NCBI GenBank assembly: GCA_033442325.1
Contig: JAWQFM010000012.1
Location: forward strand, 1,706,229-1,746,577
Reading direction: 5' to 3'
Length of the DNA stretch: 40,349 nucleotides
Source: Salpingoeca rosetta
Lineage: Eukaryota; Protista; Choanoflagellata
Shown here: piece by piece, positions 25,701-37,074 of the stretch
Position numbering within the stretch: position 1 is the stretch's first letter
Layout: each line of letters begins with the position of its first letter
Position numbers and translations under genes: made by a program
Notes under the pieces: generated by a model
Databases searched by the model: none
The model's input: the letters and a program-made list of their open reading frames with translations, nothing else
What the model was told of the DNA's origin: nothing

Positions 25701-28700
25701 TGGCACAGCTGGCACTGGAGCTCACGGTTGCGGACGACGACGTTGCTCGCGTGAAAGACACGTACGTGGTTGGCGTTGCAGACGGGACGACCGAGGTGCG
25801 AGTGGAGCAGCCCAACAGCGGCGTTGTTCTGGCCTCCACGCCCGTGCACGTGACACGTGATGAGGTGGTGGAGATTGACGGCCTGTACGCGGGCAGCGCG
25901 GAGTCTGCGACGTTGTCGCTGGACCACGATGCCGTTCACCAGTTGTTTGACCAGGTGCCTGTGCACGTGCGTCTTCAGTCGTCGCCGCTGCGCGCGGAAG
26001 GCGACGTGACGCATGTGTATGCTTTTGTCGTGCTGCGGGATGGCACACAGTTTCCGATTGACGTGCTGGACGGCCTGTACATGGTGCCGCTCGATGCGGG
26101 CCAGCTCGTTCCGGTTGCTCCGGCGACGTTTGCTGTGGCTGCTGGTGCCCGGAACGGAGTTGCCTCCCGTGTTCGCGTGGTCTGGGCCCCGCCCGCACTC
26201 CAGGGCGGCGTGTGCAGCGATGCCGATGGCGGAGTCGCAGGGGGCGGAGGCGCCACAACCCCGGCGCCACCATACACCTACGTGCTCGCCCAGGAGGACG
26301 TGAGTGTGGACTTGCAGCTCCGAAAGCCAACAGGCGTCCGCCTGACGAACACGGCGAGGCGGCTTGTGCTTGAGACAGACCCAGCGGCCAGCGTGGGCGG
26401 CGCGAGCATCCCGACCTCCATGCAGCTGTCGGTGCTTCTTGAGTATTCTGGTGGCGGCAGCGCTCAGGACGTGACCACGGATTCGCGGGTGCACTGGACC
26501 CTGAACAACCAGGACACTGGCGGGGATGTGGTGAGCATTGAGGTGGTGGATGGCAAGCTGGTGCTGAGTGCCACCAAGCCTGGAGACGCCGTGCTTGTGG
26601 TGATGGTGGACACACCAGACAACCCGATTGTGACAATGTTCAGCGTGCACGTGACCAGGTCTGTGGGGCTGACAACAACAAGCACGCCTTACCCGCCATA
26701 CGCCGGCTCCTCGTCAACAAGCAAGGCTGACCTGCGCCGCGTATTTGGGACCACACCACCGTCGTACCAGCAGTTGCAGCTGACAAGCCGCCTGGTGCTT
26801 GAGGATGGCCACGAGGTGCCGCTTCCGCAGGGGAGCGTGGTCTACAGCACAAACGACAAAACATCGACCCACACGGACAGTGGTGGGGCCCAAATCAGCG
26901 TGCCGTCTATTGGAGTGGAGGGCAATGTGGTGAGCGCCGTTGCCTCTGGCGTGTCGGCAGTGGAGTCTTCGTTTGGTGGCTTTGTTGACGACTCGCTGAC
27001 GGTGACGGCCACAGACACGGAGCCCGTGTACGTGACGGCACTTGAGAACGTTCACCTGCTCTCTGGACCAACCCTGCATGGCGAACCAAACACGACGACG
27101 ACACAGGCGATGGTGAGTGCGGTGCTGAGCGATGGCACGCGCCTGGACAACCTGTTCTCAGCGGACGGTGTTGCTGCTGTGCCCGGGTTGGTCACGTGGA
27201 CGGTGGAACCCCCGTCTTTGGCGGTCGCTTCTGCCGTCGAAGTGGATGCAGGCACCGGTGTGATCACCTTGCTGGGCAACCACTACGCACACGTCGTCCT
27301 GACAGCTAGCACCTTGGTGCCCGAGCCCAACAGCACGGCAAGCAGCTCGCTGCTGCCTAACGTGCTTGAGGCCAACACCACGTTTGCGTGCAACGTGGAC
27401 CCTGCGCCAGGGGAGGTGGACCTTGGCTCGCAACTCTCCGTGCCCCTGCCTTCCGTGCACGTGTCCACCATCTCCACCACCAGCGACGGCAACAGCAGCA
27501 GCAGCAGCAGCAGCAGTGGCCTGTTTGATGTTCCTGTGCGCGTCAACATGGGCGAGGCAGCGTCGCTGGGCGCCTTCCACATCATCATTGAGATGAACTC
27601 GTCTGCGCTTGAGTTTGTCAGCGCAACCCCTGCGTTCTCTGGCCACTTTGATGTGGGCGCAACCGGCGATGAGGTCTCGCTGGCCGGGCTGGTTGGCGAC
27701 TCATCTGTGTCGGGACCAGCAGCCCTCGTGGCCACTGTGCGCGTCCGGGCTGTGCGTGCTGGCGTTCATCGCCTGCGTGGGCGGGTGGAGGACCTGTTTG
27801 ACCGGTCGGTGCCACGCGCGCAGCCCGTGGGCGGCAGTCGTCACGGCCGCACGTCGCCGGCCGCTGACGTTGCTGTGGTTGTGTTTGGCAGCCGCTTCCC
27901 AACGGCGGGCAGCGCCAACGCCACGGCGCCACTGCATAACATGGCGCGCCGTGAGGCTGCGTTGAGCTTTGGCGCCTGGCTTGACGAGCCCGCAGGCTCC
28001 GACGTGCACGGCGTGGTTCGCCGCGCTGCCGACTCCACGTCCGGCCTTGTTGGTGCGGATGTGGATGGCGACGGGCGATTCAGCACAGCTGATGCGCTGT
28101 TCACGCTGCAGTACACTGTGGAGCGCGACAACGCCTTCCAAACGGTGGTTGGCGTGCAAATCCAGGCGCTGGTGAACGGCACGCAGCGGCTGCTGGCCAT
28201 GGATGCAAACAAGGATGGCGCAGTGAGCTCTGGCGACGCAGATTACATGCTTGCTGTTGTGAACAGCAAGCGGCGGTTTGTTGAGCTTCCGGTGGTGGAG
28301 GCCCTTGCGACGCAGGGGTGCCAGTACGTCGTGAGCGTCTCTGTTGCGGACCGACTCGGCAACGCGCCTGACCCTGCCAACACGGGTGTGTATGTGCTGC
28401 TTGAGTCCACCAGCACGTCGTTCTCGCGCGCCCTCGTGTCGCGTATTGCGGACCTGCAGCAAGAGGCAGCGGCGCTCGCACAGCTTGCTGCAACGGCCAC
28501 CAATGACACCACCACCACCACAGGTCCCAGCACTAGTGCTAACGCCAACAGCACGACGGCGAGCGGTTTCAGCGGGGCAGGTGCGCCGCATCTCCCCCGC
28601 ACGTGGCTGATGGCGGATCTGAACGCCACGTCGCGCCCAACGCGTGCGGTGCTGTTGCCTCTCGTCCCGCAAGCGGACACGGGGGCCAGCAGCCACGCCA

Positions 28701-29968
28701 CCGTTGCTGTGGGAGGCGCCACATACGTTGGCACGTTCCCTGCACCACTGCTATCGAGCAGCGAGCTGGCGCAGCTGGCGGACGACCCGCACCTTGGTTT
28801 ATCTGTGATTGAAGTGACGCGAACAAACCTGGGCACAACGGCGTACGTGCACACGGGCGCATCTGCAGCCGGCACGCGCACGTTTTCTCCGCTGAGGGTG
28901 ACGGGTCTTGGCGTGGACGGCGGGAGCGCCACGGATGTGGTGCTCACGGTGGGCCCCACCTACGGCTACAACCCAATGCAGTTTGTGAAGGCGGCGATTG
29001 ATGTGCGAAACGCATGCACGCTGTCGTGTGGGGAGGGCGAGTACGGCGACATCGACGCCTGGGTGTGCCGTGCGGTGCGCCCGTGTGACCTTTCCTCAGA
29101 ATACATGGTTGCACCTGAAACCCCGACTTCGAACCGCGTGTGTGAGACGCTGACCGTGTGCCGCCCCAGCAGCAAGTACGAGACGACGGCCGCCACACCG
29201 ACGAGTGACCGTGTGTGCACGCCGCTGACCCGCTGCCACCCAACACAGGAGTTTGTGAGTGTCAACGCAACTGCGACGACCGATCGCGTGTGTGCGCCGC
29301 TGACCACGTGTGACGCCACGCGTGAGTACGAGGTGCGTGCGCCGACCGAGTACACGGACAGGGTGTGCGGCCAAATCACCGCGTGCAACGGCACACAGAG
29401 CGAAGTGGCTGCGCCAACGCCCACCTCGGACCGCCAGTGCCAGCGATTTGAGACACAGAAGTCTGCCTCGGCATCGTCGATGCTGAGTGTGATTGGTCCC
29501 GCGGCGGGTGGTGTTGGCTGTCTGCTGCTGGTGCTGGCGCTGATTGCCTTTGTGCGGCGGCGGCGTTCGCGCACGAGCGTGGATGCGGCTTCAACAACAT
29601 CGCGCGACGTGTTCCTCAAGGTCAACCCGATGTACGATGAGGGCGTGGCGCAGAAACGGCGGGGCCCGGGCGACGACGACATGTTTTATGAGGATCCACA
29701 GACACTGCTTGGGTTTGATGCGTCGCTGTTTGAGGGCGGAATGCACCACGCCAAGAACCCGCTGTACGTTGGCTACGATGAGGAGGGCAATCCCAAGGGC
29801 AAGAAGCAGGCGTTTGCAGATGATGACGACGATGGCCTTGTTGCTGTTCTCGATGAGGACAATGGCTACGTTGACATTGACGACAAGCCCACCACTGCCA
29901 GCAAAGACTACGGTGTGTGCATGTATTGTGAGTGTTGTGTGTTGTGTGTGTTGTGTGTGTGTGTGCAC

Positions 29969-30036
<68 letters not shown>

Positions 30037-31901
30037 ATCTGGACTCGTACATCTGGAAGTCGACTCTGTTGGTTTCACTCACACAACGATGGTGGATTGA
30101 TTATGCTTCTTTCCTGGTCTCAACTCTGACTGTGTGCTTGTGGTTGGCAGATTTGTTTGACCTGTACGCTGAGCCCGAGGCTGTGCTGTCCAAGCGTGCC
30201 TCGCGGCGGTTCAGTGTCTCGTCCATGAATGAGGACACTCCGATCATTCGTACGTTGTGTGGCCACGTGTTGCCTGCTTGCTCTTGTGAACCTGCCTTCG
30301 AATGCGAGTTGGTGTTGTGTGTTGCGTGTAAATGTGTTGTGTGTGTGTGTGTGTGTGCGTGCGTGCGTTGTGGGTTGACACTGGCGAGTGTGATTTGTGT
30401 GCGGCAAGCTCTTACCCAAGTATTCCGCTTCGATCGGATTTTATGTTGTTGTTGCTTGCCTGCAGGCAACCCGCTTTATCAAGGGATCAGCGATGATGAT
30501 GATGACGACGACGACGACGATGCCAGCTTCGGTGAGGAGCGTAGCGTGGCGTTTGAACTGTTGTGACAATTGTGTTCTGGTATGCTTCGGGTGTGCTGTG
30601 TTCCAACTTCACAGTCACTCCGCGTGGATTGTTGTTGACGCATCGTGTAACGCTGTGCTGCCTCGTTTCCTCAGGCTTTGCACCAGGCCCTGAGTACATG
30701 GACGTGGAAGGGACCGACAACAACACAGCTGGTGCGCTCGCTTGCTTGCTTGCTTTGAGCATGCGCGCTCCTGTGATCTATGCTGTCTTTATGGGGTTCC
30801 TTTGACAGTGCTCGCCTTTGTATCTCTTGACTCGCTGCTGACTGACCCCATTCGTGCCTTATCTTCGTCATGCTGCTGTTGTTGTGTTTTGTTTTCTTGG
30901 GGCAGCGCCAGTTGGTGACGAGTACATGGACTTTGATGCTGCACCTTCTGCTGCTGGCCGCGCCAAGAAGTCTCCCAAGAAGGGCGTTACTTACGGTGTG
31001 TGCGTGTGTGTGTGTGTGTGTGCGTGTGTGTGTGCGTGCTTCATTTGAATTGCTGTACCTGACACTTTTTGTTGTGCGTGTACTTGCTTCGAATGCATCA
31101 CCACTTCCGTTCCTCATGAACGGATGCATGTTAATTACCATGCCCAATACGTGTAGACAATCCAGACGCGTTCCCCCATGACCCGACGGACGAGTACATG
31201 GACATGGCTTCGCCTGCAAAGCGTGGCGGTGACTACGCCGCCGTCTACGGTGCGTGCGATTGGTTGCTTGTTCGCTTGCCCATGTGACTGTGCTGCGCTG
31301 TTTCCGTGCACAACACTTGCATGGCGCACGTCTCACTCACCTGCCCTCCCCCGCCCCCTTCATTCTGTGTCACGTGCAGACACCCCGGGTGGTGTCGACG
31401 AGTACATGGACATGAACGCGGCCTCGACGACCCGAGGAAGCGAGTACGCCACCATCTACGGTGAGTGGCTGATGCTCCACATCTTGCTTGACGCGTGCTG
31501 GAAACCTTTTTGCAAGTTGTGCACTACCGTTCCAGTTTGCTTGTGTCGATTGTGTTGCTTATGTCGCTTGTGTCGCTTGTGTTGGTGTGTCAAGCGCTGA
31601 AGAATCTACTTGCCTTGAGTCAACGCTCCCCCAACATTGAGCCTTCATCACATTCACTGGCACCAACACTTGCTGGTTCCCTGCGTTTTGTGTTCTCGTT
31701 TGATGCAGACAACGTGGATGACGGGCAGGCTGAGCAGTACTTTGACATTTGCCCGAACAAGCAGACCAATGATGACGTGTACGCCATGATTTACGGTGAG
31801 CTGCGTGTTAATGAACACTCGTACAGAGCGGGGCAATGCGAAATTCGTGTCACCTCTTCCCTCGCACGCACACACACACACACATACACATACACACACA
31901 C

Positions 31902-31986
<85 letters not shown>

Positions 31987-32637
31987 TACACACACACACA
32001 CACATACACACATGCCGTCGCACATTTTCGAATACATGCGCTGATTTGCGCTTCTCTCCTCACAAACTGGCTGGTCTTGCCTTTCTGTGTGCGTGCTGGG
32101 CCTTCATCAGATGCGGTCGCGCAACCCAAGGACGAGTCGACGGCACGGGCTGGTCCCGGCGCTGACGACGACGATGACGATGAGGGTGGCGACCAGGTGT
32201 ACATGAACATTGACGAGGACCCCATCTACGATCACAACTACATTGCATCCTCAACTCTCGGTGCGACGTGTGTTGTGTTGTGTTGTGTTGTGTTGTGTTG
32301 TGTTGTGTTGTGTTGTGTTGTGTTGTGTTGTGTTGTGTTGTGTGCGGGTGTGGGTGTGTGGGTGGGTGTGCTGCTACTCGCTCTGTGTGCTTGGCGCGCC
32401 TCCGATCTCACAGCAACGCATGCGTTGCCATCTGTCAATGCCTGTCATGCCCCTTCTCTCTGTGCAGAAGCGGTCGATCCTTTTGCAGACACGTACTTCA
32501 ACGTCGACGATCAGGACCGTGCTGCGTACGATGCAGTTGATGGCGGGTATGGATTTGGCAACGTGGCCGATGATGGCGACGAGCCAATCTACGACAGCCC
32601 AGACGTCTTCAACGAAGACAATAAGGACCACAACTAA
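15423..32637 (+). CDS. Multi-exon ~4,000-aa type-I membrane receptor-like protein (signal peptide, JmjC, CDxx repeat, TNFR-like repeats, TMEM132-like, cohesin, dockerin, TM, Tyr-motif tail)
   Basis: Hand-spliced exons, all GT-AG and phase-consistent: 15423-15980, 16225-17451, 17643-17752, 17898-17951, 18098-18169, 18348-18412, 18552-18603, 18797-18829, 18985-19061, 19226-19303, 19432-19503, 19809-19855, 19986-20019, 20207-20218, 20394-20421, 20603-20622, 20802-(20872, gap), (21267)-22004, 22233-29912 (one frameshift near 23945), 30151-30249, 30466-30531, 30675-30731, 30906-30995, 31157-31249, 31380-31460, 31709-31795, 32111-32260, 32468-32637 (TAA). Starts MRQTAWLVGLSLCLVLLSVAAG. Continuity across the gap is inferred. 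Confidence 0.8.
15780..16870 (+). other. JmjC / cupin-4 domain of ribosomal-oxygenase type (NO66/MINA53/ycfD-like), exons 1-2
   Basis: FFDTLYQQ...AHVYYAT...LLPHTDPYDVLVIQLQGSKRW...FTLREGDTMYMPKGIIHFA...SSHITIS...WAD. HxD at 16447-16455, Lys at 16492, distal His at 16783 match the Fe(II)/2OG ligands of this family. Confidence 0.88.
16148..16220. repeat. (CA)n microsatellite abutting the intron 1 acceptor
   Basis: Perfect CA run ending at gcag|16225. Confidence 0.95.
17721..20872 (+). repeat. (CDxx)n Cys/Asp-rich protein repeat, ~250 aa with ~63 Cys, split over 15 small exons
   Basis: Spliced: CYGSCDTGCDSQSCTQSCDTSCDSGCDSSCNLCDDGCDTGCDYGCDSGCDYYKCNTGCDDGC...CDDYCDDGCDDSCDTGCDGPCDSGCDDSCDDSCDTCTPISCDTGCDSSCYCNP. 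Confidence 0.88.
19623..19750. repeat. Intronic (CA)n/(CACACG)n microsatellite
   Basis: Seen directly; within intron 19504-19808. Confidence 0.95.
20873..21266. other. Assembly gap (394 N) inside the receptor gene
   Basis: N run flanked on both sides by open, Cys-rich coding sequence. Confidence 1.
21267..24040 (+). other. Tandem TNFR-like Cys-rich repeats (ectodomain)
   Basis: Dozens of units like C..LTxC.xxEYExxAPTxTxDRxC and C..CxxCxxxxYxxxxCTxxxDxxC; intron 22005-22232. Confidence 0.8.
24280..26330 (+). other. TMEM132-like ectodomain module (conserved region, cohesin-like, Ig-like domains)
   Basis: Ordered motifs resembling animal TMEM132 (from recall): GVCVAVLSLPQVWF, IRVRLP, VLVNTGLLTG, VSANCD, VSVYVP..PSVALDRTSL, FERTRVHVLANF, VVGVADGTTEVRV, LRDGTQFPID. 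Confidence 0.72.
27521..27890 (+). other. Cohesin-like domain
   Basis: LFDVPVRVNMGEAASLGAFHIIIEMNSSALEFVS...VSGPAALVATVRVRA follows the cellulosomal cohesin beta-sandwich pattern. Confidence 0.65.
28049..28262 (+). other. Dockerin-like domain (paired Ca2+-binding loop-helix repeats)
   Basis: GADVDGDGRFSTADALFTLQY ... MDANKDGAVSSGDADYMLAVV: two D-x-(D/N)-x-D-G-x(4)-D repeats. Confidence 0.8.
29480..29566 (+). other. Transmembrane helix plus basic stop-transfer
   Basis: MLSVIGPAAGGVGCLLLVLALIAFV followed by RRRR, after a last block of Cys repeats (~29010-29450). Confidence 0.9.
31868..32012. repeat. Intronic (CA)n/(CACATA)n microsatellite
   Basis: Seen directly; within intron 31796-32110. 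Confidence 0.95.
32268..32342. repeat. Intronic (GTGTT)n pentanucleotide repeat
   Basis: Seen directly; within intron 32261-32467. Confidence 0.95.
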
Positions 32638-32652
32638 ACGCAGTTGTCGCAG

Positions 32653-32653
<1 letters not shown>

Positions 32654-32723
<70 letters not shown>
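32654..32723. repeat. (GT)n microsatellite just 3' of the receptor stop codon
   Basis: Seen directly. Confidence 0.95.
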
Positions 32724-32725
<2 letters not shown>

Positions 32726-33422
32726 GGGGTGTTGAGAAGAATAGTACGCCGAGATGTGAGAGAGTTCTCGAACTTAGTCGAGTGTGTGAAACAGTGCGAC
32801 AGGTGGTTGGTTGTGCGCGTGAGAGCAGTTGGTGGTAGTGTTGATGGCGCTGTGAGTGGTGTAGATCTGTAGTCGCCTAGTCGCGTAGTTCACGTGTGTG
32901 CCATGTCACACATTTGTGGTGCCGTTTTTTGAGTCATTGCTTTTTCGTGCTGACTTCCTTGTTTCATGCTTGCTTCCTTTCCCGAGTTACACGTGCGTGT
33001 TTGTTTGCTTTTGATTCATGTTTTTGTTTTGCGTTCCTCTGCCTTGCCCTCGTTACAGTATGTGGTTTTTGCCGTGTTGACGCTAGCCCTCGTGTTCGTT
33101 CGTTTGGTTGTTACTTCACAGCACAGGTGACTGGCAACTACTCTTCAAGCTTGTTCCTACATGTTCGAGTAAAAGGACCGTTAATGCAACTGATGCAAGT
33201 GGACATGGGCCATGTGACGAGAGCGAAGCGACGTGTGCCGTCAGTGTGACGACAACAAAACACAACACGAGGCGTGGGGCTTTGCGGAAAGAGAGCAAAC
33301 GCAACGTCTTGGGAAGAGCGGCTGTTGCCCACACCCCTGGATCCAACCGTGCACTTCGTCGTTGATCTCACCTGTATTGTTTGTGGCTCAAAAAGACGAC
33401 AAGACGCATGAGGTTGGGAAGG

Positions 33423-34154
33423 TCACGGCGATGGCGAGCTTGCGTCGTCGACTGTGGCCGTGGTGTTGATGAACCAGAGGTTGTACTTGTGGAAGACTTG
33501 GGCCTTGGCTGCGCCGGTTTTGGAGGTGTAACAGTGGGCCACAAATGGCCCTTGCTGGCCCTGGGCGGACTGCACGCCGTCGAACCTCGGGTGACAGCGG
33601 CGCGGCACCTGTGCATGGCCGAGCAGCGCCACTCGCATGTGGTGCAGCGACTGCGTGGGCACATCTGTCAGGCCCACATCCACGACCGCGGTGGCGTGCG
33701 ACTGCCGGTAGCAGAGTGGGCGATGATGGCACTTTGCTCGCTCAGCCACACCACCAGGCCCCGTGAACTGCAGTGCGGGCTGGCCAGGCGCCTCTGGTGT
33801 GCCAACCTGCACCCCGAGATGGCGCAGCAGGGCATCGAAATCGTGCGGCGAGAGCGGCAGGAGAAGTTGCTGCCGTCCTGTGGCCAATAAATACACGGCC
33901 GAGTTCACCAGTAGCTGGTCGTCTCGCTCCAGATATGGGGCCAGCTGCAACGCCAGCGCCACCACCTACATGGGCGCGGTGTGTGTGTGGGGGGGGGGGC
34001 AGGGAGCTTGGTGGTTGGTCGTGGTAGTGGGATGGATGAATTTCGCGGAGAGGGCGGGGCAGATCCTAAGGTGATATGGAAGCAAATGGGTATATCACAC
34101 ACACGCACACACGCACACACACGCACACACGCACACACGCACACACGCACACAC

Positions 34155-34238
<84 letters not shown>

Positions 34239-34931
34239 ACACACACGTACGAGCTTAGTGGCGGCTGTGGCGCGCATGTACACAAAGCCAAAGCACATGG
34301 TTGCACCCCACGCTTTCCCAATCTCAAATGGAAACCTGTATGCACGCAGTAATGCATGTGGGAAGGTGAGCGTGAGAATTAAGCGACAGAGAGAGCGGGA
34401 GAGAGGGAGATGGAGAGGCGAAGAATGACACCAGAGGCACAGACACAATCGTGTATTTGAGGTGGGAAGGCAGAAAGGCAGAAAGGATGGTGCTATGAAG
34501 GAGGAAACACCCCCGTACGTGCGTACACACACAAGCACGCACCCGCCACGTTGTGCGACAATGTCTGCTTTGTGCACCGTCAACTCGCGGTGAATTAGAG
34601 GCCAGGGATCACGAAGCCACACCGCGTCCGCGTCGTTCATCCACACGTCGAATCCGTGGTGCAAGCAGTCCTGCACGAGCTGCAGCCGAAGCATCCACAA
34701 CTAACCGACCGAAGCAGAACAAAAAAACGTGAGAAGCGCCGCGAATGAACGGTGCAAAGGAAGGTGCAACGGAGGCAGGCAGGCGTCAGCAGCAGCGAGA
34801 GCAATATATGTGCGTACAACGTGCGAGGAAGCATACGCGGACAAACATGCACACAAGCGCGCGCACACACACACACGCACACACACACACACACACACAC
34901 ATGCACACACACACACACACACACGCACACA

Positions 34932-35011
<80 letters not shown>

Positions 35012-35508
35012 CGCAAGCAGCTTACGTCGTCGAGCGAGGTATTGGCAAAGTGTGCGTGGAAGGGAACGCAGTTCAGCCCCTGCTGCCGACACCAATCGGT
35101 CACTTTGCGATCCAGACACAAGACGTAGAGGCTGGCAGCCACGTCAAGCTGTGGTGGAAATCCGTCGTCTACACCCACACGTGAGAAGCGCTGAGCCATG
35201 TGCATGGACGCGATCATGTTCTCCACAACACGGCGGTAGGCGAAGGTGGTAAAGGTAATGATCAGCACGCGGGGCACAGCCCCAGCAGCAGACGAAGAAA
35301 AAGAGCTCCTGCTTGCGTCTGTCACGGGACAAGTCAGCGCTTTTCCACCAAAGGCATCGCTTCTGCTGTTGTTGCCGCGCATGTCTGGCCATGGTGGCGC
35401 AAGCGAGGGGTCATCGTGGGGTGGACTACCGCCAACAACCACGATCGCCAACACCAACACACCAGCAAACACAACAACAGCAGGAGACGCGGAAGCGAAG
35501 GCGGACAT
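33423..35508 (-). CDS. Type-II membrane nucleotide-diphospho-sugar transferase (GT77 / Nucleotid_trans-like), ~422 aa, 4 exons
   Basis: Exons 35508-35026, 34700-34543, 34335-34251, 33965-33423 (GT-AG, phases 0/2/0). Signal anchor [16 protein letters not shown]; LYVLCLD; [18 protein letters not shown] (DxD); [10 protein letters not shown]; DDQLLVN; VAHC...K...NLW. Confidence 0.85.
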
Positions 35509-35854
35509 GGAAGCGGCCACATTACATGGTACGCGACTGAATTCAGAGTTTGGGTGGTTATGTACTGAAAAGATGCCAATGTGCTTATAATAGATAGTAT
35601 GTCCTGATGTGTAAGGTACATACACATAATAAATTGTTGTTCGTGAACAACCACCCATATTTGTGCTCAAAATTGACTAATCTGCATATCCTCATTCTTT
35701 GAACAAGATTTTGTCATGTATGCCTTAACAGGCAAGGACGATCATTGTTTTTACTTCAACGAAGAGCAGTGCTCCAGTTCGCTTGCCATGGCACTGGACA
35801 CGACTTGATAATGGTGGCGGTGCGGATGGGTGTTGGTGATTGCAATGGAGTGTG

Positions 35855-35905
<51 letters not shown>

Positions 35906-36093
35906 TGATGCCAATAGGATCGGTGGTGAGCAGGGTGTGTGAAACAACACAACAATGAGGCCCGAACAGCATACAAAGTGCCGCCGCACAAGCAGCAACA
36001 TCCGACAACAAACGACAGCAACGAGAGCCAGGCGGCTGACCCTAACCGAAGAAGGGCAAAAGCGACGCTGAACGGGCAGCGATGGCGCATGCA

Positions 36094-37074
36094 ATTGACC
36101 TCCCTTGTTCACGACATCACCATTTGCACTCACCTAGCTTGTCTTCTGTAACTGCTTCCTTCTGTTGGAGTGTTCATTCATACTACATCCCTCCTTGCTT
36201 CACAACTCAAGTAACTTGCCAAGGCAATCTCCTACACAGCACACAGCACACACAGCACACACAGCACACACACACACAAGTCTCCAACAACAGCACCACC
36301 ACCATGAACTTGTAACAACGATCATCGTCTGGGCCAAGATCCCGCGTGCACTCAGAGGAACTCACAACACGGCATTCGCATATTCATGTTCATCGCGGTG
36401 CATCCTTCGATCACGGTGTAATTGCGTGGCCGGCCGTGCTATCGGTGTATGCCGTCACGTTATTACTCTTGCCATGGGGTACGCTCGGTGGCGCACAACA
36501 CCTGCTGTTGACAGGCAACTCATCATTGACCTCCCTTCTTCACGACACCACAAATTTGCATTCACCTCTCTTGTGTTCTGGAACGTTCACGTGATTTCCC
36601 TCCAACCTGTTGCACGTGCAGTGTTTAGTTTGTGTGGTTGCTCGATGTTACATGCTCTTGCATAACACACCACACAACCACACAACTCTCAACAAACACT
36701 ACCACGTCACCACTTTGCGTTGTCGACAATTCTTGTCTTCTGCTCTGTTTCTTTCTGTTGGAGTGTTCATTCATCCTACTGTTGACATCACTGTTCCAGT
36801 GTCAATGCTTGCTGAGTCAGCAAATTCTGCTGTAAACGTTTCTGTGCACGTGCGCCCAGAAACGGGCGTTTCTGGTTGTTTTGCCACGTGGCACTTCTCT
36901 CTCTCCTCCAGTTTTCTGTCTATGTGTGAGAGTGTCTCTCAGTTCACGTTCATTCATCCTACATCCTTGTTTGCTTCACAACTCAAGTAAACGCACACAA
37001 CTCTCTCTTGCCAAGCCAATCTCCCACACAACACACAGCACACACACACAAGTCTCCAACAACAGCACCACCAC
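36094..37074. repeat. Degenerate local duplications in intergenic DNA
   Basis: ~36094-36134 resembles ~36525-36567; ~36161-36303 resembles ~36754-36780 plus ~36949-37074 (shared ttgcttcacaactcaagtaa and cacacaagtctccaacaacagcaccaccac). Confidence 0.8.

Noticed and set aside
29913-30100. C-terminus of ORF 23816-30100 (CVCVCV...TTMVD)
   Set aside because: Intron read-through; donor at 29913 and nine further in-phase exons follow.
29567-32637. Receptor tyrosine kinase call
   Set aside because: No GxGxxG, HRD or DFG motifs before the stop; the tail is only a motif scaffold.
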